NCBI GenBank assembly: GCA_964475205.1 | Contig: CAYYVQ010000008.1 | Location: 12,038 to 76,037 of the forward strand | Length of the DNA: 64,000 bases | Source: an uncultured Victivallales bacterium | GTDB lineage: Bacteria > Verrucomicrobiota > Kiritimatiellia > UBA8416 > CAYSRM01 | Direction: 5' to 3' | Shown: in pieces, positions 1-9,011 of the stretch | How the letters are laid out: every line of letters starts with the position of its first letter | Numbering within the stretch: position 1 is the first letter of the stretch | Translations under genes and position numbers: made by a program | Notes under the pieces: model-generated | The model's input: the letters and a program-made list of their open reading frames with translations, nothing else | What the model was told of the DNA's origin: nothing | Databases searched by the model: none

Positions 1-909
1 AAAATCCGCCCAGTCACAGTCCAGGAAAAACGACCGGTACTCTGCGGCCAACGCCCGTTTATCGGCCAAAATTCGATCGAGTTGCTGCAACTGAGCACAG
101 GCCAGCGCCGCGTTTAAATTCGGCATTCTGAAATTATACGCTATTTCGTCATGCACATATTCATACGGATGCGGGACTTTAGCTGTGGTAGTTATATGTT
201 TGGCTTGCCTGGCCAGGCTTTCGTCATCTGTCACTATCGCCCCGCCACCGCCACAAGTTACTGTTTTGTTGCCATTGAAACTATACATTCCCAGCAAGCC
301 GAAAGTGCCGGCATGTTTTCCATTTCGCGTGCTTCCCAGCGCTTCGGCGGCGTCTTCGACAATCACAATGCCATGCTTTTTGCAAATATCGCAAATCGAC
401 TCGATGCGACAAGGATGTCCGAAAGTGTGCATCGGGACACAAGCCGCAACTTTCCTGCCCGTTTTTTTGTTGATAATGCAACCTTTATCAACAAAGCAAC
501 TGCGCTCAAGAAATTCTGTCAATGCATCCGGAGATAGACCAAGCGTATCCTTGTCGACATCTACAAAGACCGATTCCGCGCCACAGTGTTTGATGGCGTT
601 GCATGTGGCGACAAAAGTCAATGGCTGGGTTATCACTTCATCGCCGGGTTCGACTCCTGCCAGTCTCAATGCAACCTGAAGCGCCGCGGTCCCGTTCACC
701 GTTGCAACCGCATACCTGGCTCCTGTGATCTCGCACATCATATCTTCAAACCGGTCGACATATTCCCCGACGCTAGAGACAAAGGTCGAATCGATTGCAT
801 CCATGACATATTTGCGTTCATTCCCCAGGAATACAGGCGCATGGAGAGGGATTACGCCCTCTGGTTGCCCATATAGCTCACGGATAAATCCTATGATTGG
901 ATCAAACAT
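1..909 (-). CDS. DegT/DnrJ/EryC1/StrS-family PLP-dependent aminotransferase (partial; C-terminus runs off the window start)
   Basis: Manual reverse-complement translation from the ATG at 909..907 gives MFDPIIGFIRELYGQPEGVIPLHAPVFLGNERKYVMDAIDSTF..., typical of sugar aminotransferases. It is absent from the ORF track because no stop lies inside the window. Its start sits 2 nt after the epimerase stop. Confidence 0.65.
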   Translation of the reverse strand, partial: MFDPIIGFIRELYGQPEGVIPLHAPVFLGNERKYVMDAIDSTFVSSVGEYVDRFEDMMCEITGARYAVATVNGTAALQVALRLAGVEPGDEVITQPLTFVATCNAIKHCGAESVFVDVDKDTLGLSPDALTEFLERSCFVDKGCIINKKTGRKVAACVPMHTFGHPCRIESICDICKKHGIVIVEDAAEALGSTRNGKHAGTFGLLGMYSFNGNKTVTCGGGGAIVTDDESLARQAKHITTTAKVPHPYEYVHDEIAYNFRMPNLNAALACAQLQQLDRILADKRALAAEYRSFFLDCDWADF

Positions 910-1894
910 TGTATATGGCCGATTTATAGACAGCCCGATTTTCCGGATCTTTGAACCACTCAATCGTCTTGGAAATGCCCGCCTCGAGATTGTGCTCCGG
1001 CATCCACCCTGTTTTTTGACGTAACCGTTCATTGTTTCCGCAAAGACGGAAGACCTCGCTCTTTGATGGTCGCAGGCGTTTATCTTCGGTAATAATCCTG
1101 GCGTCAGGATTAATCAGTTCAATAATGGTTTTTGCAAGATCACCTATACTAATCTCTTCTCCGGTTGCAATGTTGCAATCTTGGCCAATCAACTCGTCAC
1201 ACTCTGCAAGCCGGATGAAGCCCTCAGCCGTATCCTTAACGAAGACCATATCTCTGGTAGGCTCAAGATTCCCCAGCTTGATCTCTTTTTTACCGTCAAG
1301 CAATTGGGTGATGATGGTTGGGATTATTGCCCGAGCAGACTGTCGCGGGCCATAAGTGTTGAACGGCCGTGCGATAGTAAGTGGCAGATTGAATGCGTTA
1401 AACAAACTCATCGCCATTGCGTCCGCGCCAATTTTACTTGCGCTGTAGGGCGACTGGGGTTGCCTTGGGTGTCCTTCGTCGATCGGCACATATCGGGCGG
1501 TACCGTAAACCTCACTTGTTGAAGTGTGCACAATCCGTTCACAGCCATTGTCGCGCGCCGACTGACAGATATTCAAGGTCCCGGTCACATTGGTTTGCAC
1601 ATAGCTGTGGGGAACGATATATGAGTAGGGTATTGCGATCAAGGCTGCCAGATGAAATACAACATCAATCTCTTTCGTGATTTCTCGGCAGAAGTTCTGA
1701 TCACGCACATCACCACACACAACCTCTACCTCGTTTAGGTCAACATTCTCCAGCCACCCCCAGTTATTGAATGAGTTGTAGAGAGAGAGAGCCCGCACCT
1801 GACATCCTTTTGCTACAAGAGCCTCCGTCAGATGCGACCCAATAAACCCATCAGCTCCTGTGACTAAAATCTTTTTATTTCCAATGTCTTTCAT
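902..1894 (-). CDS. NAD-dependent epimerase/dehydratase (SDR family, nucleotide-sugar epimerase/dehydratase-like)
   Basis: 330 aa. N-terminal Rossmann motif ILVTGADGFIGSH and catalytic YxxxK (YSASK) are present. It is operonic with the aminotransferase. Confidence 0.85.
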   Translation of the reverse strand: MKDIGNKKILVTGADGFIGSHLTEALVAKGCQVRALSLYNSFNNWGWLENVDLNEVEVVCGDVRDQNFCREITKEIDVVFHLAALIAIPYSYIVPHSYVQTNVTGTLNICQSARDNGCERIVHTSTSEVYGTARYVPIDEGHPRQPQSPYSASKIGADAMAMSLFNAFNLPLTIARPFNTYGPRQSARAIIPTIITQLLDGKKEIKLGNLEPTRDMVFVKDTAEGFIRLAECDELIGQDCNIATGEEISIGDLAKTIIELINPDARIITEDKRLRPSKSEVFRLCGNNERLRQKTGWMPEHNLEAGISKTIEWFKDPENRAVYKSAIYNV

Positions 1895-2091
1895 ATAGAG
1901 TAATCCGTCACTTTTGTTTTACATCGTTGTGTATATCAATTGAGATCATAAGCACAATCAAACTCCGTCTCTTGAATCATGTCCAAACCTTGGTGAGGAT
2001 ACATCTGCGGATTGCAATAAATCCTTTTGAAACTTTCTTTCCAATCTGTTTTATCCCTCTCTTCTCGAGCGCAGTTGCGAATTTTTTTTTG

Positions 2092-3331
2092 GTAAGCGTC
2101 CAACCAACCCCATCTATGCAATGGAGTCAAAATCCGCGTAACCTACCGCTTCAACCTACAAGAATGAGAGGCTATGGGCGAGCGAAAAACGCGAGATCAT
2201 CAAGATTGGTGCGGTTTCGCCTGAGTGATCAACAAGAACTGGACCGGCAGATCAAGAGCCAGCAGGCCACTATCGAAAAGATGCAGCACCAGTTGGAGGA
2301 CCTGATCCGTAGCAAGTACGGCCGCAGCAGCGAGAAGCTCGACATCAACCAGTTGATGATGGAGGGGCTGGTGCTGGACGCAGATGGCGAAGGCCAGCCC
2401 CCGGAGCCGCCGCCTGCCGAGCCTGCTCCGGCAAAGCCGCGTGCTAAAAGTAAACACAAGGGGCGTCGTCCTTTGCCCGATCACCTGCCTCGCCATGAGA
2501 TTATTGTTCCCGCTGCCGAGGAACAGAAGATTTGTCCTGTTACCGGCCAGCCTCGCCCGTTCATTGGATATGAGGACAGCCAGAAGCTTGAATATATTCC
2601 CGAGACACTGCGGGTCAACGTCTACCGGCGCGAAAAGTATGGCAGCCCGATGGGTGCGGAAGAAAACGGGGTGTTTACCGCCGAGCTTCCACCGGCTGTT
2701 GTGAACCGATGCTCTGCTGATACCGGAATGCTGGTGCATGTGGCGTGGAGCCGGCAAGACCAAAGAAACGCGCCTTTGGGTGGCGGTTTCCGGCGCCGGG
2801 CCGCCATTGGTGCATTTTGCTTTCAGCCGGGACCGTAAGCAGCAGGCCCCGCAGGATTTTTTCAAAGGCTATACCGGCGCATTGATGTGCGACGAATATC
2901 CGGGGTATAGCAATGTGGACTTCGGAAATCTGCTTTCCTGCTGGGCTCACGCCAGGCGTTACGTGGAAAAGGCCAAAACCGTGGAACCGGCGTTTGCCAC
3001 CTCAGTGCTGCTGGAGATCGGGAGTCTGTATCGTATAGAGGGGCGAATCAGCGATGCTTCTGATTCCGAACGGCTGAAGGTGCGGCAGACTGAAAGCGCC
3101 AAACAGTTGGAGGTCATTTTCGATCTGCTTGAATCGCGGGAGTTTCGGCCGAAGTCACCCATGCACCGAGCCGCGCAGTATATTTTGAAAAACCGGGAAA
3201 GTCTATCGCGGTTTACGGAGAATCCGCTGTGGCCGATCGACAACAATGCGGCTGAACGTGCCATTCGCCGTGTAGCTATAGGGCGAAAAGAATGCGAATT
3301 GCTGCTTGTTCCCACATCCTTCTTGCCATGA
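2092..3331 (+). mobile_element. IS66-family insertion sequence remnant (left inverted repeat-like end GTAAGCG at 2092, degraded tnpC, no tnpA/tnpB, no right end)
   Basis: GTAAGCG, typical of IS66 inverted-repeat termini, lies about 110 bp upstream of the TnpC-homologous reading frames. No matching right inverted repeat was found before the sugar-transferase gene. Confidence 0.5.
2203..3331 (+). pseudogene. IS66-family transposase TnpC, disrupted (internal deletion of roughly 200 bp plus frameshift near 2740; C-terminus truncated)
   Basis: Two ORFs in different frames (1927..2838 and 2738..3331) carry consecutive IS66 TnpC blocks. The first block includes the SSEKLD leucine-zipper region, the zinc-finger region CPVTGQPRPFIGYEDSQKLEYIPETLRVNVYRREKYG and MLVHVAW. 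The second includes GKTKETRLWVAVS, CWAHARRY and IDNNAAERAIRRVAIGRKE. The canonical KYxDHLPLYRQ-to-DDTP segment is missing. Confidence 0.7.
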
Positions 3332-3439
3332 CTATCAATAATGACAGACATATACACGCCTATCCGCAAGTTAAAACAACATTAAGAAAAGCTGCCTGCA
3401 AAAACTGAAATCTCACATTGATAGCCGCAATTACAGCCA

Positions 3440-4906
3440 TCAATACGCGCCCTTGGCAAACAGAATTACCCAGAAAGTCCGCAGAATAATTTTCAGATCA
3501 AGGATCCAGTTGCGGTTGCGCAGGTAGTAAACATCCAGAATGCACATGTCGTGAAAATTCACATCGCTTCTGCCCGAAACCTGCCAGAGACAGGTCAAGC
3601 CCGGCAACCCTTCATGCCTTCGGTAATGCCAGTCCTCGTAATAGTTCTCAAAATCCCGCCTCGGCAACGGCCTGGGTCCAACAAGGGTCATCTCGCCCCT
3701 GAGCACGTTTAAAAGCTGCGGGAGTTCGTCCAGGCTGAACCGCCTCAGCAACCTGCCAACCGGCGTTACCCTAGGGTCCTCCCTGATCTTGAACAGTCCC
3801 TCCCCTGATTCGTTGAATTCCTCCACCTGCGCCTGCATTTCAGCGGCCTCTTCCTTCATGCTGCGGAATTTATAGATGGTAAACGGTTTCCTGTTTACCC
3901 CTATCCGTTCCTGAGAGAACAGAACAGGGCCTTTGCTTGTCACCTTGATTGCCGCGGCAATCAAAATAAGGAGCGGCGAAATAACAACCAGGCCAAGCCC
4001 GGCCGCGATGGCGTCAATCACTCGCCGAACCATCCCGGCGCACTTGATTTGCCGGGGGACATTAAAGTGAACCAGGGGATAACCGTCGATAAGATCACAA
4101 GACATCCCGGCCCGGGTGATTATGACGTCAAGCCGCTGAGAAAGAATCTTTGCCGCCGCTTCCATGTTTCCGGCAATTTCAAGCAGTTCCATGATCTGAC
4201 CGGTTGTGAGATCCTTCTGCGCGCAAATAACCATGTCGCACGGACGCTCCCTTATCTTCCTCTTCAGGGCTTCAAAGCATTCTCCCGGAGTTTCCCCCGC
4301 ACCTGCAACCTGTCGCCAGGGCAAATACAACCCGCCGGGATGCTTGTTTTCAATAAGCTCCGCAATAAGCTCCGCCTCTTTTCCTTTACCGACAAGCAAT
4401 GCCTTCCACCTGTCAAAGCCGGCCAGCCTCAAACGTTCTAAAATCCACCCCATAAACCCTCGGAAAAGAAGACATAGGCAGGTATTCATAAGCGCAAAAA
4501 TTATGAATATGCTCCTGGGATGAAACACGTTCCTGGTAAAGTAAAAGTAGGCGTAAAACACTAAAAGCGCCGCAACGTTCGAAACAATCACGTACCAGCC
4601 CCGGGGCTTGCGCCTAAGAAATTTCCTGTCTTCGTACAGACCGGACAGAGCATAGAAAAAGCCGATAACCAGCGTCAGAACGAAAACAATTCTTGGCGCC
4701 GAAACGAGGTAGAATTCGGCATAGTCAACCGGAATAATATGTGAAAAACGGCTGGGCGCTGCTTCACGAATTGACGTGAAAAGAGTCTCGCCGAATCTGC
4801 TGATAAATCTGAACCAGACAGCAAAGTAATACGCTCCTGCTATCGCAACGAAATCAGCAAAAAAATAAAACACCCACAGGTTGAGAAATTTACACCGCTT
4901 ATCCAT
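3440..4906 (-). CDS. Polyprenyl-phosphate hexose-1-phosphate transferase (bacterial sugar transferase, WbaP/exopolysaccharide priming enzyme family)
   Basis: 488 aa. Multiple N-terminal TM helices. The C-terminal sugar-transferase domain carries KFRSM, LDELPQL, GEMSLVGPRP-like (GEMTLVGPRP) and P-loop-less transferase motifs. Confidence 0.85.
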   Translation of the reverse strand: MDKRCKFLNLWVFYFFADFVAIAGAYYFAVWFRFISRFGETLFTSIREAAPSRFSHIIPVDYAEFYLVSAPRIVFVLTLVIGFFYALSGLYEDRKFLRRKPRGWYVIVSNVAALLVFYAYFYFTRNVFHPRSIFIIFALMNTCLCLLFRGFMGWILERLRLAGFDRWKALLVGKGKEAELIAELIENKHPGGLYLPWRQVAGAGETPGECFEALKRKIRERPCDMVICAQKDLTTGQIMELLEIAGNMEAAAKILSQRLDVIITRAGMSCDLIDGYPLVHFNVPRQIKCAGMVRRVIDAIAAGLGLVVISPLLILIAAAIKVTSKGPVLFSQERIGVNRKPFTIYKFRSMKEEAAEMQAQVEEFNESGEGLFKIREDPRVTPVGRLLRRFSLDELPQLLNVLRGEMTLVGPRPLPRRDFENYYEDWHYRRHEGLPGLTCLWQVSGRSDVNFHDMCILDVYYLRNRNWILDLKIILRTFWVILFAKGAY

Positions 4907-5067
4907 GTCTTAGATATTAGCGCCACACCACACTTACAACAAGCTTGCATTATTCGCGCAAGGCACAAATAATCCACTTTCGCCGTCGGCGAAAGCCGTG
5001 ATATTCGCGGCGTTACCGCGAACAAAGGGGGTGTCGCCACCTTCGCAAGCCGCTCAAGTAAAGCCCC

Positions 5068-6435
5068 TTACTCATTTAAAAATTCTTTCAAAGTTTCAGG
5101 AGGATCCGGAATGATGCCGTCAATCAAGGGATCATCCGTGTTTTTCATCCAACGATCCATGAGTTGGCGCATGTCGTCCAGAACTTGCGCATGGGTCGGA
5201 GCTTCGGCCAGGTTATGCGCCTCATGCGGATCGAAAACCAGGTCATATAGCTGTTCATCCGGAAATGGCATGTCGTCATAGCCATACTCTGCCCAGAATT
5301 CCTCGGCGGGACCTCGGTCAATACCTCTAGCCTGATCGCGCTTGTAAGAACGGATGTATTTGTGGCGAGACGTTCTCGCTGCGCGCAGAGGCCGCGGCCG
5401 GGAGTTATAGTGATAGGTCTGTTCTGTAAATATGGTCTCATGGATCTCTCCGGTCTCGCTTGAGACAAGGGGCAACAATGACTTCCCATCCAATCCGTCC
5501 GGAGGCTCTGCCCCGATGATGTCGGCTATCGTAGGATAAAGGTCAAGGTGCTGGGTCATGGCGTCTACAACCTTGCCTCCCTGAAAAGCGCTGCCTTGTC
5601 CATCTTCAGTGTTAGCTGCGCCCCTTATAATCAGAACAACTCCTGTGCCGCGGTCAGTGAGCGTACATTTTGCCTCGCATATGCCAGGGCCATGGTCGGT
5701 GGTAAAAATTACAATGGTGTTATCCCGCAATTCGGGAGTATCCAGAGCCTTGAGCACGCGTCCGACATCCTGGTCCATCATCTCAACACCCATCTTGAAA
5801 TTTGCCATATCTCGCCGTGTCACAGCATTGTCAGGCATATGCGGCCACGGCTGACAGTAACGGGCCTGCATTTCGATATCGGCCGGTTCGTGCGAAGGTT
5901 GTGATTCAATAAAAACACGCCCGTCCCCCCGGTTGTTGCGGTGCGGATCCAGAAAACCAACTGACAGAAAGAACGGCCGACTGTGCTCCTGCATCAAGAA
6001 CTCAACCGCGGCAGGCGCCGTAAGGCCGGGGTTGAATTCCTGGCTTCCGGCAGGCTCATGGTTGAGAAAGTGGTCGTAGGGCAGGACATCTCTGGGCGGG
6101 GCCCATGGAGCGCGCGCCACATGCTGCACTCCAGACAAGGCTGTTTCATATCCATGTCGTTTGAGAAATGCTGCTAGGTGACGGTTATAGTCGTTTAGAT
6201 GGTAACCGAGAGGCGGGCTCGGCAGTCCCAGCATGCCGCATCGATGAGGATGCTGTCCGGTAAGCAAGGCGGCTCGGCTCGGAGCACAAGAGGGAGCAGA
6301 AGCATGGCACTGGCGGAATAACACCCCTTCCTTCGCCAGCTTCATCAGGTTGGGCGCAGGTATGTCATACCCCATCGGTTCGCAGTAACGGCCGAGATCA
6401 TGGGCATGAATATAGATAATATTCGGTAAGGTCAT
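5068..6435 (-). CDS. Sulfatase (S1 family, Cys-type formylglycine sulfatase)
   Basis: CAPSRAALLTG signature (C-x-P-S-R) and sulfatase metal-binding motifs. The ATG at 6435 is preceded by a perfect AGGAGG Shine-Dalgarno; the ORF track's longer ORF begins at the upstream ATG at 6450. Confidence 0.85.
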   Translation of the reverse strand: MTLPNIIYIHAHDLGRYCEPMGYDIPAPNLMKLAKEGVLFRQCHASAPSCAPSRAALLTGQHPHRCGMLGLPSPPLGYHLNDYNRHLAAFLKRHGYETALSGVQHVARAPWAPPRDVLPYDHFLNHEPAGSQEFNPGLTAPAAVEFLMQEHSRPFFLSVGFLDPHRNNRGDGRVFIESQPSHEPADIEMQARYCQPWPHMPDNAVTRRDMANFKMGVEMMDQDVGRVLKALDTPELRDNTIVIFTTDHGPGICEAKCTLTDRGTGVVLIIRGAANTEDGQGSAFQGGKVVDAMTQHLDLYPTIADIIGAEPPDGLDGKSLLPLVSSETGEIHETIFTEQTYHYNSRPRPLRAARTSRHKYIRSYKRDQARGIDRGPAEEFWAEYGYDDMPFPDEQLYDLVFDPHEAHNLAEAPTHAQVLDDMRQLMDRWMKNTDDPLIDGIIPDPPETLKEFLNE

Positions 6436-6546
6436 AGTGTTCCTCCTCATTGGTTGTAACTCATAGCAGAATTATGTATTTTTCACAATGCAATCAATCT
6501 TGTTCTCGACAATTTAGATTAATATACGAGATAAAGGAAATAATCA

Positions 6547-7580
6547 TGCATCTGTCTCCTAGCGAAACTCACAAACATTTAATGTCTCGCATCACTCCTG
6601 AGCTCAGATTTGACGGCAATGATCCGCGGACGTGGCAGCGCAGGTTACGCAGGAAGCTGCGCCAAATGGTCGGCGACAAGCCACAGGATCGTTGCGACCT
6701 CAAGCCCAGGCGGCTCTGGAAACGCGAACATCCGCTGGGCACAATCGAAAAAATCGTGTTCACATCGGAACCTTATTCTGATGTGCCGGCATACGTCTGT
6801 CTTCCGAAAAATGCGACAGCGCCTTACACTTTCTTTATATGCCTGCAAGGTCATTCGACAGGAATGCACAATTCCATAGCAGTCCAAAGGGAAGACGAGA
6901 CTAAACCTATAAAGGTAGAAGGAGACCGCGATTTCGCCCTCGGTTGCATGCGCCTCGGGATTGCAGCTCTTTGCATTGAGCAACGGTCTTTTGGCGAACG
7001 AAATGAGAAAAAGCAGAAAAAGATTTCATCCCACCAATGTCACGACGCTACCATGCACGCATTACTGCTGGGCCGAACCCTGATCGGAGAACGGGTCTAC
7101 GACGTTGACAGGGGCATTGATTATCTGGCGTCGCGCGGTGATGCCGATATGAAATCGATTGGCGTGATGGGCAATTCAGGCGGCGGCACTATAAGCATGT
7201 TCTCCGCAGCCCTTCTCCCGCGCATCGCCTTTGCCATGCCGTCATGCTACTTCTGCACTTTCAAGGATTCAATCATGTCAATCTATCATTGTATGGATAA
7301 CTACATTCCAGGCTTGCTGAAAATCGCCGAAATGTCGGACATTATGGGGCTCTTTGCTCCAAAACCAGTTGTGATCGTCGCGGGAAAAGACGATAACATA
7401 TTTCCCATCAGAGCAACACGCAGAGCGTTTAAAGATCTGCAAAACATCTATCAGGCCAGCGACGCGGCAGACCGCTGCCACCTTGTGGTCGGCAACGGAG
7501 GTCATCGCTTTTACGCCGACGATGCGTGGCCGGTTATGCTGAGGGAAATCAAGAAGTCCCGGCCCGGAGAGGACAAGTAA
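6547..7580 (+). CDS. Alpha/beta-hydrolase fold protein (possible carbohydrate esterase / dienelactone-hydrolase-like)
   Basis: The nucleophile elbow GNSGGG lies in an alpha/beta-hydrolase context. It is divergent from the sulfatase. The start was chosen at the ATG with an AAGGAAA ribosome-binding site. Confidence 0.6.
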
Positions 7581-7638
7581 AGCAATTATTACTTGCAAAT
7601 ATTCAAGCCGCATAATATATCCATATTCGCAGCAGATT

Positions 7639-7820
7639 AACCCGCATATCTCACAGGATTTCGTAGTGAGAGCGTGAAAAGCGCTGCTGAATGGGTGCGA
7701 ATTGGTAAAACGCCGGAGCAGCCGTATAGACATACTGCAATCTGGTGTTTTGTCACTTGGTGCCCTCGCAGTGGCGCTATCCGCGCTCGCAGCAGGAATT
7801 CTGTGAGATATGCGGGTTAA
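7639..7820. repeat. Palindromic terminal-inverted-repeat element, long copy (family shared with 18552, 25326, 62857, 63941)
   Basis: Left end TTAACCCGCATATCTCACAGGATTTCG and right end CAGGAATTCTGTGAGATATGCGGGTTAA are near-perfect inverted repeats. The interior carries GTGGCGCTATCCGCGCTCGCAG, which is shared with the other copies. Confidence 0.7.
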
Positions 7821-7859
7821 CTGCGCACAATCCGAAAGGGTGAAAGCGGGAGGGAAGTA

Positions 7860-8900
7860 ATGAACACAATGCCAGGTAATAGTGGTAATCAGACCTTGAA
7901 TAATATGACATCCAGAGAAATTATACGAAGAACACTTGATTATGAAGAGCCCGTGCGGGTGGCCCGTTCGTTCAAAGATCGCGACTTCATGAGCATCAAG
8001 TGCGCTGCCAGAACTCATGCAACCGAATGGAGTGAAATCGGAAGCGGCAGATGGGAACGCACCGACGAGTGGGGAAACACCTGGGGAAGAATTGACAAGA
8101 CTTCCAAAGGCGAAGTTGTCAAAGGAGTGCTGGAGGACATAGCGGCCATGGATACGTACGAGTTTCCTGACTACTCCCGTCCTGAAGACTACTCTCGCGT
8201 CTCACGGAAACGCGCCGAAATGCCTGACAAATGGCTTAACGGATCTCTACCGGGCTTCACATTCAATATAGCGCGCAAAATGCGCAAACTTGACCAATAT
8301 CTCATGGACCTGGTGTTGGAAGCTGATCGAATGCATGAATTGCACGATCGTATTGATACAATGTTGGAAGACATGATCCGAAATTATGCTTCCGCCGGGA
8401 TGGATGGCATAATGTTTCCCGAAGACTGGGGCACACAGAGCCAGACGCTAATCAGCCCCGACATGTGGAAAGCGGAGTTCTTCCCCCGTTTCCAGAAGCT
8501 CTGCGGTATTGCACATGATCTTGGAATAAAGGTGTTCATGCATTCATGCGGGCAGATCGAGGCTATTATGCCCGGCCTCATTGAAGCTGGAATCGATGTG
8601 TTTCAGTTCGATCAGCCGGAACTGCACGGCATTGACGTTCTCGCAGCTCACCAGAAAACATCCAAAATAACTTTCTGGTGTCCGGTCGATATACAGAGCA
8701 CACTTCAGAAAGGGGATGAGGGCCTTATTCGGGAGAAAGCCAGAGAGATGCTGGACAAGCTCTGGAAAGGACAAGGCGGATTTATCGCTGGTTACTACTG
8801 GGATAATGAGTCAATCGGCCTTGACCCCAGGTGGCAGGAATATGCATGCGACGAGTTCATTAATGCCGGAGTCCGGGCGAGTTACAAGGACACCGAATAA
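7860..8900 (+). CDS. Uroporphyrinogen-decarboxylase (URO-D)-family protein (MtaA/CmuA-like methyltransferase/decarboxylase fold)
   Basis: 346 aa. URO-D-like TIM barrel sequence features (FPEDWG, HSCGQIEAIMPGLIEAGIDVFQFDQPE). GGGAGGGAAG ribosome-binding site. Confidence 0.6.
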   Translation: MNTMPGNSGNQTLNNMTSREIIRRTLDYEEPVRVARSFKDRDFMSIKCAARTHATEWSEIGSGRWERTDEWGNTWGRIDKTSKGEVVKGVLEDIAAMDTYEFPDYSRPEDYSRVSRKRAEMPDKWLNGSLPGFTFNIARKMRKLDQYLMDLVLEADRMHELHDRIDTMLEDMIRNYASAGMDGIMFPEDWGTQSQTLISPDMWKAEFFPRFQKLCGIAHDLGIKVFMHSCGQIEAIMPGLIEAGIDVFQFDQPELHGIDVLAAHQKTSKITFWCPVDIQSTLQKGDEGLIREKAREMLDKLWKGQGGFIAGYYWDNESIGLDPRWQEYACDEFINAGVRASYKDTE

Positions 8901-9011
8901 TCAGCCACAAACAAGTTGTCCGGTGGAGCCATTTTCCTGAAAATAATAAATTGCCGTCAGGCTCAATTAACCTTATATTTGAAAATCAATACAGCAAAGG
9001 AGAAATCCAAC

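Noticed and set aside
1927-2202. N-terminal extension of about 90 codons on the IS66 tnpC ORF (MCISIEIISTIKLRL...)
   Set aside because: It has no similarity to TnpC, and the IS66 terminus GTAAGCG lies inside it. It is most likely non-coding leader of the remnant.
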